NCBI GenBank assembly: GCA_002104905.1
Contig: MCFE01000109.1
Span: forward strand, 104,489-168,488
Source of the DNA: Basidiobolus meristosporus CBS 931.73
Taxonomy: Eukaryota > Fungi > Basidiobolomycota
DNA length: 64,000 nt
Direction of reading: 5' to 3'
Part shown: positions 23,122-35,423 of the stretch, piece after piece
Layout: each line of letters begins with the position of its first letter
Position numbering within the stretch: the stretch's first letter is position 1
Translations under genes and position numbers: made by a program
Notes under the pieces: model-generated
What the model was told of the DNA's origin: nothing
The model's database searches: none
What the model saw: the letters and a program-made list of their open reading frames with translations, nothing else

Positions 23122-25739
23122 TGATCCCAACAACCCATTTTTTTTGCAATCCAAATTGAGCCATTGCAAATCAGTGATCATCAAATTTTTGATATATGTA
23201 ATATCAAGGTCATCTCACATTTGAGACAGAACCCCTATAGATAAACACCCTGCATATATATACATCATCTGTAATACCAGTGCAGCTATTGGATCTGTTT
23301 TGCACCTACACAATTGCTTGCGTGCTAGCTATGACACCTTGCCCAATCACTAGGATCAGGGATTTACTTGCTCAATGGGCCAAATGGGATATTTGATGGC
23401 AAATCAGGTGGCTTGTTTAGTAGTTAATAAGCCAATTGGTGGCTGCCAGCTTCAGGATACTTCTGGATCAATTAACCACTGAGATACCGTCCAATTGGAG
23501 TGATAGTAACCAAAATGGTAAGTATCAGTATAGTTTATAGTGTGATACACATATATTTCCATTTACATTAAAGAAACAAATCCAAATACCGGATTTTACC
23601 TGCCATAATAGTGGTATCCAATTGCGCACGTGATGCAAACATTACAAGTTGGCACAATCATCTGTGCCAACCTCATTGTGTCAGATTGTGCCATAGTGTG
23701 CAAGATTGTCCCACATAGTGCAAAATTGTCCAAGAGAGATCCTGCCTTCTGGTAGCTATAATATTGCGCCCAATTGTTCTTTACAACCGCAGATTGCACC
23801 ACGCACTCTGGCATGGTACAATGGAACAAGTCTATTGGCTATAGCTGCTAAATATTAGTCTTCTATTCATCAAGTAGATGTTAAACAGCATTTTTGAATT
23901 GGGAACTTGTTAAGGATGCATACATGGATTAGCCTGCTGAGTGTGTTGACCAAGAAAGCCACCATTTGGTCTGCAAGCTTAGAGAAGCTTCATATGGTCT
24001 CCAACAGCCACCAAGTGCCTTGCACTGCAAGATAGATTCTAATTTGGAATTTTTAGTTTCTACCAAAGAACTGCAGACTACAGTATCTACTACAAGTCAG
24101 GTAGAGCATTTCCAATTCTACTGGTACTTGATGTTGGTCATTTTCCCTATGAGAAATCTTAAAGTTGGACTTCATTGAACTTTTAGCTGGTATACTGCTG
24201 GTATTGTAAAGATAATATGCTGGCATCCAGTTGGTGTTTCTGCTTTATATTACTATTTGCAACTTCTGGTAGAAGTAATGAGCAACTGACTACCAAATTT
24301 GGTAAATGCCCGTCAGCCTAGTTTCCCTTAGCAGAGGATGTTGGCTTTTCTGCTCCAAAGCTAGTTCCCGGGGTACTGAGAGTTGTTATTTTTAGGGTAG
24401 TTGGGATTCAGCTGATCTTATGATGGTATTCTGCTGGCCTGCGGTTGATATTTTTCTTAAGGCTCATTATGACCACCAACAACCAACAGCATTGGAAGAG
24501 ACTCAATCCAGCCAATCTAAGGAGCTCAAATGCCTAATCTAGGAGAATGTGGTACCTAGTTGGTGATAAAATACTCCATAGACAGGTGTACTCCAAACAT
24601 CACCTTAAGTCAGTTCAAGTATATTCAAAATATATTAAAGATGCACCATATGGAAGACTGTAAACTGGCAGCTATCCAATGGTGACAAACCTCAACTGGG
24701 TCAGAACTCATCAAAATTAAGAGCGCTTGGTGCCCTCTGAAGGCCCACACCTCCCTTACCAATATATGGTCAGCAGTCTGATATGTGTCATGCTTAGAAC
24801 ACAACCAGTTATACATATCTAGTGGGATAAGTATCATCACAACTATGGATCTGATCATATTGTAGCAGATTAGCAGATTTTAGATGCTAAAAGGAACACC
24901 AATAAGGATCCAGAACCAGATTTTGTGGGATACTCTGATGCTTATTGGGGATAGAACTTAGAATACATACAAAATTTGGAAGACAGATGATCCACCACAA
25001 GATACACCTTTCTTTATTGTCAAGGAGCAATTTCATGGAACTCAAGAAAGCAACTAACTGTGACACTCTCCACCACAGAGGCAGAGTATATGGCAGCTTG
25101 TGAAGCAACAAAAGCAGCCACATGGCTAAGAAAGCTTTTGAAGATATAGGCTTATGTCAAAAAATGCCTGCTACATTATTCCAGGATAAGTAAATATATG
25201 TACATTAGGTAGAAACCCTACTCTTCATTCTAGAGCTAGGCACATTGATATTAGTCATTGTTTCATACATATATCTATGAATTATAACTTATTTGGCTTA
25301 GTGTACTGTCCTATGGATGAAAAGATGCCAGACATATTTACCATGCAATTAGCTCAAGACAACCTTGAATAGCTTAGATCATAATTAGGACTAGTAAATG
25401 TGAATATTTAACTGAGTGGGGGTGTTGTAAGCTTTGTAATTACACCTAGGCATTCATCTAGCTTAGTCACTTGGATCATCTTCTACAAACCTTGGAGAAT
25501 CCTGACCAAATTCCTTGTCTTTATTTACTTGGAAATTTTCACCAATATCTGGTTCCTGGAACATGAGATTTCTGAACGTGATCCAAACCATGCTCACATG
25601 TTGTTGGGACTCTCCTAAGTATACCTTACATGTTTTATTTGCCAAGGCTATCTAAAAGTATAAACACTACTTTGACATCAACTACAAAATCTACTTGTTT
25701 TCCCAATCACTTCCTATATCTCCAAAACTGTTACAGTAG

Positions 25740-26270
25740 AACAGAGCTTGTAGATATTAGACATCATTGCATATGTGGAGCAATAGAGACCTACTTAGTT
25801 AGCTTAGTTTACAGTTGTACCAATGATATGGTTGCAGATATATTCACAAAACTACTAGCTAGAGTCAAACCCGAGTAGCTTATATCACATTGGGGCCAAT
25901 CAATATAAATATTCAGTCAAGTATAAGTAGGGTGAGTCTCATAAATACACTTTAATACTCACAAAACTTAGTCACTAGGTGTACAGTCTACAAATCTTAG
26001 AGAACTCTGGCCTAGCTCCATGTAAGGATTTGCTCGGAATACTTCACCAAAATACCATATATCCAGGATATTGACAAGTTGTTCAACAGTCCCAAACTTT
26101 GTGCACATGTTACTGAGACCTTCCTGAATGTACTCCACATCTACATTTTGCCAAGAGCATGTAAAAGTACAAACGCCTCTTTCACTTTCAATATATCACC
26201 ACGTGAGAGTCACATAATTCACCTGTTTTCCCTATCACTTCCAATATCTCCTGTCACATTCACACACATT
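25740..26270 (+). mobile_element. Second copia RNase H tail plus LTR fragment
   Basis: DIRHH...NDMVADIFTK motif followed by sequence homologous to the copia LTR family. Confidence 0.7.
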
Positions 26271-27087
26271 TCTGCAACTAGTAGGGAAGATTCACTTAGG
26301 TCACAATCGGGTCTGGTAAATATGGGAATTTAACTGCGTAAGAGTGAGGTGTATTTGTATTCCACCACTGAGCACATATACTGGCTTAGTCACTAAGGTC
26401 CCACTCGGCAGAACTGGATACTTCCAGACCTAGTACTTGGCTGAATTTGCTCCAACTCTTTTCTCCACCACAGCAAGCATCCAAAGCCTAACCCCACTCG
26501 AAGCGGTTTGGAGCTCACCAAACTCCGCACGTGACTGTCCGGGATCTTCACAGACCTGTTCTACCAGTTTCCTCCAACACGTTTACGTTCAACGCACCAA
26601 CATGGAAAAACCACGCGATCCGCAAACCCTTCCAGTTTCTTACAAAATCTCCACGCTCCTCGGGACGCCCAAAGTCATGGCTGGTCTGCCGGAACACCAC
26701 CAGGACGCTGTCCGACCTGATCGAACTAAACCCAACCAAGCCCACCTGGATGGGTGCCTGGCATGGGCGGCAACACATACCACCTATCGCCAAACCCAGT
26801 ATGGCGAATGAAACTTCCAGAACCACTGGGTGTGCAGGAAATTCCAGGTGAGTGAGTGGGCGGGTGGTTTGTATCACTTCTACGCGGCCCTATCTTGAGG
26901 CGATTATCGTGAGGCAGGGATTTGATGACCGGTCCACCAGCCGTATTTGGCAGGAGGGGAATGAAGGACATATTTGGCATGGCCACTTGGCGAATGGGCC
27001 AACCTCAGGGTTTATTCTATTGGTGAAACGTCGAGGGGGGAGGGGGAGGGGGAGAGGGAGGGGGAGACAACAACGAATCGAAGGACA

Positions 27088-28991
27088 TCAAGCGGAGGTG
27101 GAGACAGCGGCGATTCTCCCGTCCAACTTGGGATGGAGGTGGCGCATCTCCTCTATGTACCGGATCACCGTGGATCGCAGGTTGCCGTGGGTAAGGTACG
27201 AAGCGACCGGCGGGGAGATCAGATTGTCCCCGCCCTTGGCCACGAAGTCCAAAGTGGTGATCGGGTAGAGGGACTCCGGGTGGACAGGCTCGTACGTGGA
27301 TCGGCTGACGTCCAGGATCTCCAAGGACCTAAGTCGAGCGGCCTCGGGGCCGTTGGGGTCATAGGTGAACCGAATCCCCGCCACCTGGATCCTCCCCGGG
27401 ATCCGCTGGTGGTTGAGAAGGTTTCGCCGACAGAGGACCCCCTCGATCAGGTCGTGAATCTGCTGTCCGGTGAGGAGGAGGTCCACGACAGAGCTGTCGA
27501 ACGGAATCACCCGGAAGATCTCTTGGTTTCGGATCTCCCCTTCTTCAAGGCCGCCTTGCACATCGCCGGAATTGTAGATGACGGCACGAGAGGTGCTCCG
27601 GGCGTGGAGCATCGCATCCCCCACCAGGTTCCCGATGGCGGATTCTCCGATCGTCCAATACTTGGGTGGGTCGAAAGCGCGGGTGGCCCGACCGATCACC
27701 CGATCCATGTACTCCCGCAAGGGGACACGTAGACCTTGGATGACCTGGAGGGCCACCGGGTCTTCGGGCACCCCGCCGTCCAGCAAAATAGGCGCACCTT
27801 CGATGGAGCGAATGCGGCCTTGATCGTCCAGTTGAAGCTTGAGATGTCCAACGTATCTGCCCCAGGACCACACCTAACGTGAGAGAGTGATCAGTGACCG
27901 TACCATATAGACATGAAGGGGCTCTATAACCGACCTGAGTGATATACGTTGGTAGGCCATCGAGATTCCGCACGACGGTAGGGTAACCTCCTTTCGCAGA
28001 CCAATGGTGAGGGTCGGAGGGATTGCTCGAAAGGAAGGTGTGGCTGTGGCCACCAATGATCAGGTCGATGTCGGTGGTCTGTGCAGCCAGGTCGACATCC
28101 TCTTGGTACCCGGTGTGACTGAGAACCACGATCGTTTTCACTCCGATCCGTTTGAGCTCTTGCGCGTACCTCCTCACCGCGTGTATAGGATTGGTGAATC
28201 GAACGTTGGGCCCAGGGTTGGACGTGAAGCCGGTTGTGTTGGTGATGATCCCTATAACTCCTAGACTGTATTGAGGGAAGATATGGTACGGTTTGACCTA
28301 ACCAAGAACGTTAGCGCTCGTCAGGAGCACGCTGACCCAGGGGGGAGGGTACCTTTTTGGCTAGGTCGGACTCAGCCCCGACCTCCAGGTTGGCGCACAC
28401 AACAGGAAAGCGAAGGTTTCCAAGAAATTCGGCCAGCTGGTCGCTGCCCTCGTCGAACTCGTGGTTTCCAAGGGACTATCGAAAGAAGGTTGAGTCAGGT
28501 CAGACAAACACGCCCAGGCTCAGTTGAAAAGGAAACCCAATACCATCAGATCGTAGCCAAGCAAATTCATCACCCGGTGACTAACATTGCCCTATGTTCA
28601 AAGGGGGGGAGGTAGGTAACGTTAGCTACGTGAACGGTGGGCACCACCCCAACCCCGCAACCAGACCTCTACTGACTTTGTAGTAACCGTAATACGCGGT
28701 GCCGGAAAACTGGTCGCCCGCATCCAACAGCAGTGAATCGGGGGCTTGCTTACGTATCCTGTCGATCACGGTTTTCTGCCTTGCCACGCCGCCCAAACAA
28801 TCCGCCACGTCAGCCTCGCATTCCTTTCCGTTGTCGTAGAACGGAACGACGTGCGCGTGTATGTCGTTCGTGTGAAGGATGACCAGGGTTCGAAGTCGGG
28901 GCACCGAGGCTCTTTGGAAAACCACGCACACCACCACTAACAACAGGGCTATTCCCAGCGCAATGTACCGGGTGGCGAGTTTCGCACTCAT
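27088..28991 (-). CDS. 5'-nucleotidase/apyrase (metallophosphoesterase plus 5_nucleotid_C), multi-exon, N-terminal signal anchor
   Basis: ILHTNDIH, GGVAR, LLDAGDQFSGT, LGNHEFDEG (about 28450-28475), DLIIGGHSHT, IGNLVGDAM and C-terminal LDGRI. Confidence 0.92.
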
Positions 28992-29197
28992 CGGGTATAG
29001 GAAAGATCGCACTACGCTAATCACGAGCAACGACCAGTGATTTATACGCACAGTTACTCAGAAAAAAAGGCCCATCCCGATCGAAGGCAAATCCATCCAT
29101 CGCTCAACGAAGGGGGAAACTCTTAGGGGAAACTCGTAGCAATCATGAATAGAGACGCTTTATTGGAACTGCTCTTATAGATACAGAGGGAAACCCC

Positions 29198-29635
29198 TTA
29201 AGATCTAGGCTTCTCCTTCTTCTCCTTGTAGAGGGCAAGAAGAGAGACACCGGAGACCTTGACGACCTTGAAACGAACACCTGGAATATCACCGACGGCA
29301 CGTCCCTTACGACCGAAACCGGAGATGAGGACTTCGTCGTTCTCCTCGACAAAGTTCAAACAACCATCGTTGGGAACGAAGGCGGTGATCTTCTTTCCAT
29401 TCTTGATAAGCTGGACACGAACGCACTTACGAATGGCGGAGTTAGGTTGCTTGGCTTCGACACCGATCTTTTCAAGGACGATACCCTTGGCGTGGGAGGA
29501 ACCACCGAAGGGAGAGGACTTGAAAGCAGTACCAAGAGCTCTCTTCTTGTATTGTTTGTCGGCCCAACGTTCTTCACGACGATGGTTGCGCAATTTACGA
29601 GCGGCCTGAAGACCTCTAGGCTTTCCTTTACCCAT
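29198..29635 (-). CDS. RPS23: 40S ribosomal protein S23 (uS12), 145 aa, CDS without introns
   Basis: [25 protein letters not shown] and [13 protein letters not shown]. Confidence 0.99.
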   Translation of the reverse strand: MGKGKPRGLQAARKLRNHRREERWADKQYKKRALGTAFKSSPFGGSSHAKGIVLEKIGVEAKQPNSAIRKCVRVQLIKNGKKITAFVPNDGCLNFVEENDEVLISGFGRKGRAVGDIPGVRFKVVKVSGVSLLALYKEKKEKPRS

Positions 29636-30299
29636 TTCGAATCAAAGTCCTACTGTTTGAGAAGGAAAGTTGGTATATGGCATGGATCTCTTCGTTATAT
29701 ACGCCGAGGGGAAAAAAATTCCATCCAGACCGGAACCAAGCTCCCTGATTTGCCCGTACTCAGCGATCGTTCGCATTGGCATTCTGGGAATCGGATTACA
29801 GCAGCCGTTTCCACCCTAACTAAACTAACCAAACTTCGCTAATTACCCGCAAGGGTCTGGAACCTCGGTGATCACGTGAACGACTCACGTGCCCCCGTGG
29901 TCAGTTGGAAGCAGAAAATTTGCTGTGCCTTGACATATCCGTTGGGCGACACCTCACGCTAAGCCACTAATATCTCGTCATCTGTCCAAGCAGGCACGAC
30001 CACCCATGCTGCGGGGGACGGACCAGACGAGTGCGGATGATCTCATCAGTCGACCAAATCAACCAAGCATGTATACATTCGAAAGCAAGCGGGCAAAAAG
30101 AGCCATCACTTTCAAAGGGGTTCCATAGAAACCGGGATTTATTCGTCCATTAACGGTGAGAAGGGGAACAGCATGTCACTGTCACTATGGAGTGAAAGGA
30201 TGTAAAATATAGACTAGATGAGTGTAACAGTTGGCGAACAAACTAAAGCAGTCGACTAGGCTTCAACTGGATAGGTTGAAAGTTCTGGTCTTAAGGGAA

Positions 30300-30692
30300 T
30301 TAGTTCTTGGTTTGGGAGACGTGGCTCTCGAGCTTGCTTTGGATGCTCTCAAGGTGTTGCTTGGCCTTGGCGACCTCCTCTTGCAGGTGCTTCAACTTCT
30401 CGGCTTCCTGTGGGAGGGGGACAAGGTATCAGTTAGCAAGAAAATCCTCAGCAAAAGACGGGACAAACGAAACCAACCTGACGTCTGAAGTATTGGTCCT
30501 CAACGGCCTTTTCCTAGAAATCAAATGGAGTGAGCCCTCTGGCGAAAAGAGGGGAGGGGGGAAAGCGAGGTCGTGTCCAGGAAATACCTTCTTGGAGATG
30601 CTGCCACCAGCCTCGTTGATGGTGCCGGAGTAGCCAGCGGAGTAGGAGCGAGCGAAAACGCGGGTGTTACGGGTAGCGAAAGTTCTGAGCAT
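30300..30692 (-). CDS. INH1: Mitochondrial F1Fo ATPase inhibitor (IF1/Inh1 family), 3 exons
   Basis: Spliced product MLRTFATRNTRVFARSYSAGYSGTINEAGGSISKK|EKAVEDQYFRRQ|EAEKLKHLQEEVAKAKQHLESIQSKLESHVSQTKN: a presequence, the family motif GGxxxKxEKAxEDxYFR and a coiled coil; GT-AG introns. Confidence 0.88.
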
Positions 30693-30998
30693 ATCGAATA
30701 TTAACTAAGGTTAAACTATGGAGAGGTTGCGCACGCAGAAGTTTTAATAATGAATCGCCCGTCTACAAATTCACCCTCTGCCCCCTACCCCTCAACCCTC
30801 ACCCCTCACCCCACACTCGTTTTCTGGGGTTTTGGGAAAAATGGTCAACATCGCGAAAATCACCCCATTCCGGATTGAATCGAACATCAATATTGATATT
30901 ATACGGATCTGTCTAGTGGTATCGCTACCATTCGCCCGAATTTCACATTGTAGCAGCATATATTGGATGTTTGGGATATAATTACAATGATACAATAC

Positions 30999-33751
30999 TC
31001 AGGGAGTGGACGAGGCTGTGATCTCAAAATTCGCTACTAAGCGAGGCAGTAGGTCGATGCCGCCTTGTGGATCAGAAGCAGTCGGTTGCTGATAGGACGA
31101 GAAGGATCCATCGAATTCGTCAGTGACGTCGTTGTGCCTTACGATCATTGATTTACGTCGTGGTGTGGGTCGGGCGTGTTTTGATGAGGTGTAGGTGCGG
31201 TGGGCAGCGAGGGTGCCAGTGATCCAGTGATGTTGCAGCCCTTCATCGGCCGTCATGCGTTTCTCCGGATCCCATTCCAAACATTTGGAGATGAAGTCCA
31301 TGAACGCCTCGTCGGTGCACCGTAGAGCCTTGGTCAGGTTCTTCGATCCCGGGCACCTTCTCTTTCCCTTGGAATTGATCACTGGACGTGGTGCAGAGCT
31401 GGAATCTATCATCACAAAGGGTCACTAAATTCAATCGTCGATTGGGCCAATGGGTGGTGGAGGGTTTACCAAAGAATGCGACTCTGCGGGAGCTCTTGTC
31501 GATGAGGTAAGCGGGCGGGGTGCCTAGGATTTCCATGATGCAACTCAGCTGCTCCCTTTCGTTCTCCCCAGGGAACAGCGGGTAGCCGGTGTACAGCTCG
31601 GCCATGATGCACCCCAGGCTCCACATATCAATCGCGGTGTTGTAGGGCATCCCCATGATCACCTCTGGGGACCGGTAGAACCGGCTCTGGATGTAGGTAT
31701 AGACTTGGAGTGGAGTTAGGCTCTGATCTCGTCTTTGCAGGCCTACATTCAACTTACTTCTCTCGCTCTCAAAGCAACTGCTTCCAAGGTCAATCACCTT
31801 GACCGCGCTCTTGTTTCGCGATTTCAGTAGCACGTTCTGCAATGAGGGTGGAATCGATGAGCAACAGTATGTATAAGAGACCCTGCCATCCATACCTCAG
31901 GTTTCAGATCACAATGGACCACGTGATGCTTGTTCAGCAGAGATAGCGCTCGGAGCATTTGGACCGTAAAGCGGCGGATCAGGCTGACGTTACATCCGCG
32001 GAAAGAATTGCTCTTTAGGAATTCGTAGAGATTCATACTCAACAGTTCAAACACGATACAAAGGTGCTCTCGGAAGTAGAAATGTCGATAGATATGGACC
32101 AGATTCGCCGTGTCATTGGGGTCCTAGGGAGGAGTGGTTAGTGGACGGCGGTGGAGCGGCCGTACATCCGCGACCTACCCATTTCTTGATGTACTCCAGA
32201 ATCTTCAACTCTACCAACGCTTGTGTGTGAAACTTCTTCTTGTTGCGGATCAGTTTGATGGCTACCCGCTCCCCGGTTTTGTGGTCAAGTGCTTTGATTA
32301 CTTGCCCGAAAGAGCCTTTCCCGAGGACCTCGAGTATCTCGTAGCGATATTGAAGATGGTCGTTTAACACAATCTGGTAATCACCGCGATCGTCGTCAAA
32401 TCCTGTAAAGTCGGTTAGCTCTTCTAAGACATGATCGCGTGGGTATAGGTGTGGGTGCGGTGCTTTACCGTAAGTCTCGCTCAGACATGGTTTCTTCTGG
32501 CAATTCTGGCCACAATAGTAGACCTTCGGGAAGTTTGAGATTTCCACCCGTTCATGGCTAAGAAGGTTGAATGTTGGAGTCTTCAATACATCTAAGAGAT
32601 GGAATGTTAGCGCAATGGCATCCCCGGCTACACTGAAGGCTACCTACATTGAGGGGACAGGAATGAACTCAATCTTGGTTCATCCCCGTCTCTTCGCGTA
32701 GCTGAGATGTCCATAGATTCCGTGGTGGGGTGCCTATATTGGGCTGCTGGCATTCTCTTTGTTTCTGCTTCTCGCGATTTCGTATTGCTCTCGATATTGT
32801 GATTGTCTTGTAGACCAGCCAATCTGGTTTTCGATGTGGAATGCATAGGATTTCCATATCTCATTGGTTTGTCAGAAGCAGGGCCATCCTTTGCCATTGG
32901 CTGTCTCTGTCCTGGGGAATCGAGCTGAGATAGGTTAGATCGATCTCGCACCAGCCCATAAAAACCGACCGCTACCTTCTTTTGGCTTGGTTGAAGAAAT
33001 GGCACACATGGCACACTCACTGTAGAAAGGGAATTGGCGCGTATTCTTGTGAACAGGGAGGAGGATTTTAGCGCTGAAACGCCACTGGGGTTTTTCTGAT
33101 TCGGGTTAGATGGGCCGCCGACCACCGGGTTCGTTTTCGGCCCACTATATGTGAAGGATCTCACGCGAGATTTGTTTCTCAAGCCTTCTGACTTGTGTCC
33201 TATTTTTGACTTGGGGCTTAATTTAATGTCAGTGCTGGAGGATTGAGCTGCATCCGAGCATTAAAGCAGACCTATACTTTACCTCGCGCTGGCAGCGGTC
33301 TGGGGTGATGAAGGCGGCTGAATCCAAGCCTTGGGAAGTGCAGTCACGGTTGGGCGAGGTTGCACAGCACGAGGGCCTGTTACAATGCTAATTAATCCTC
33401 GTAACCCGATGCCGATCAGCGTGCATGTAACCTACCAGGCAATGGAATGGTTGATTTTCCCGAACTGAGGGAGCCGTTCATGCGAGGAGCAGCAGAGCCG
33501 CTGCTGAAGGAGATAGACCTCTTATGCCTTATCCTCACGACAGGTAGCTCGGCTGTCTGTGAAATTGGCTGTTCTTGAGAAGGAACCACTGAGGGGGGTA
33601 TGTGCGATAGGGAAGGGCCCCTCCTATTAGTATGTACCGGTGCTGGGGCCGGAAGATTCCGCGTGTATTCAAACGTCCTGCGGTCGCTTCGAGTTAAAGG
33701 GAGCGCTTGACCCCCGATGAATGCTGCCGAGTCGGTGGGAGCAATTTGCAT
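30999..33751 (-). CDS. DYRK-family dual-specificity kinase (DYRK2/Pom1-like), multi-exon
   Basis: [46 protein letters not shown] and [14 protein letters not shown]. The start codon is tentative. Confidence 0.92.
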
Positions 33752-34386
33752 ATTACAATACGAGATCACTTAAAAATAGAAGCTTCTGGCAGTTGACCTA
33801 AAGAAAGAAAGGGGACATTTAGTCACAGGCGGAGTCAAGTACATGGTTTCGAATATTACAAGTGGGCAGTGTCTACTCGGGAACGGAAGCGAGGCTAGGG
33901 GAAAGGCAGGTTATTCATATCCATATAGGATATAGGGGATATTCGCATTGGTGGCTGGGCCTAGCAAAAATAGCGAATCCACAACCAGCGAATTGGCTTG
34001 ATGTATGAATCAGCATTGTGAATCATTAAGGTTCTGCGCTCAACATTATTTGCTCAAAAATAGGCCTGATTTGGGGCTTGGAATCGTGACTTGCGTAAAG
34101 TAGATAGAGTTGCTCCACAGGCCAAGTCGAAGCAAAAATGGAGGTTGCATGGAGCAGATCGATTAATCGAATGGGGACAATTAAAAATAGATCAGCTGGA
34201 TGTAGCCGGACCAACCAAGGCAAATATTCATTTGTTTTTAATTTTTCTGGACTACGAATTTCATATACCAACCCCTTCAAAAATAGCTAGAAGCTTGGTG
34301 CGAGCCAAAGTTACAACTCTAAAAATACTCCGTCCCAATGTGTATATATACGTTGCTGGTTTATTTGATACGACATCAATCTCACC

Positions 34387-35187
34387 ATGAAGTGCTACTC
34401 TTACTATCTTATCTTCGCTCTTTCCCTTGCCGCCCTCGGCAATGCTCAGAGCCCTTCTCCTAGTGGAACTCTAACCTCAACTACTACGTTGTCTTCAACA
34501 ACCACGACAAACACTTCAGAAACTTCTGTCTCAACCGAAGTAACAACTGATGTCAGCACCGTTAGCCCAACAAGTAGCCGTACCGAATCTAGTAGCGCTC
34601 CCACCGAGTCCAGCAGTGCTCCCACCGAGTCCAGTAGTGCCCCCACCGAATCTATTGGGCTTAGGCCTACCGAATCTAGTAGCGCTGTCTCTTCCAGTGG
34701 ATCTTCAACTGCCACCCCCGCCCCATCAAAATGTACTACCACCGTTCATCCAACCAAATGCCCTACTACGACTCCTAGTGGCGACGATTGTGACGACGAC
34801 GATGACCACGATGACGACTGTGACGAGGATGATGGTAAGGACGATGGGGACGACTGTGACGAGGGTGACGAGGGTGACAATAAGGACGATGGGGACGACT
34901 GTGACGAGGACGATGATAAGGGCGACGATGAGGATTGCGACGACGACCATGATGGAGGCAAGGAAGATGATGACTGCGACGATGAGGATGGGGATGATAA
35001 CGGTGATGAGGACGATTGCGATGATGAGGGTGAGGGTGAGGGTGATAATGACGGCTGTGACCATGGAGAATACAAATGCAAAGGGGACCACTTTGTCCAG
35101 TGTATCCACGGCTCCTGGGTAGATAAATCCTGCTCTGAGGGCAGCAAGTGCGAGGGCAAAGGCAAGGGCGTCATCTGTCAATACTAG
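34387..35187 (+). CDS. Secreted protein: signal peptide, S/T-rich linker, Asp/Cys-rich tract and C-terminal CBM19-like chitin-binding module
   Basis: Hydrophobic N-terminus, APTESSS repeats, seven DCD motifs, and C-terminal CDHGEYKCKGDHFVQCIHGSWVDKSCSEGSKC. Confidence 0.85.
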   Translation: MKCYSYYLIFALSLAALGNAQSPSPSGTLTSTTTLSSTTTTNTSETSVSTEVTTDVSTVSPTSSRTESSSAPTESSSAPTESSSAPTESIGLRPTESSSAVSSSGSSTATPAPSKCTTTVHPTKCPTTTPSGDDCDDDDDHDDDCDEDDGKDDGDDCDEGDEGDNKDDGDDCDEDDDKGDDEDCDDDHDGGKEDDDCDDEDGDDNGDEDDCDDEGEGEGDNDGCDHGEYKCKGDHFVQCIHGSWVDKSCSEGSKCEGKGKGVICQY

Positions 35188-35423
35188 AGGCGGAGACCAG
35201 AAGAGAAGATATCCACCTATTAATATCCCTTAATGCTGAGTGCTGTTATTAAATATATCTCTATATCTACGTTGAGTACAGTTATTAAATGTATTTCCGT
35301 TTGTCCCTGGTAAAATGAAATAAACACCTGAATCTTAGTAATGTTGACTCAACGTGACATTGGGACCACCTACACATTGCATATAAATCCACCGGTCGGT
35401 TAGTGGGAATCCCAAAAATCCCA

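Larger units (their letters stand above)
19160..23833 (-). mobile_element. Pangu-like transposon copy 2, inactivated, inverted relative to copy 1
   Basis: TIRs AGACTTATTCC...GGAACAAGTCT; TSD ATT (19157-19159 and 23834-23836); collinear with 603-3984. Confidence 0.92.
16268..25735 (+). mobile_element. Degenerate near-full-length Ty1/copia element hosting three levels of nested insertions
   Basis: 5' LTR at about 16268-16608; gag, protease and integrase remnants at 16630-19159; RT/RNase H remnants at 23837-25400 (GAISWNSRKQLTVTLSTTEAEYMAACEA); PPT GAGTGGGGG; 3' LTR TGTTG at 25423 to about 25735. Confidence 0.8.

Noticed and set aside
26974-27732. 252-aa plus-strand ORF
   Set aside because: It is the antisense shadow of the GC-rich 5'-nucleotidase exon.
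34446-35181. Several alternative-frame ORFs over the Asp-rich gene
   Set aside because: They arise from low-complexity trinucleotide-like sequence; only the 34387 frame has a signal peptide and a domain.
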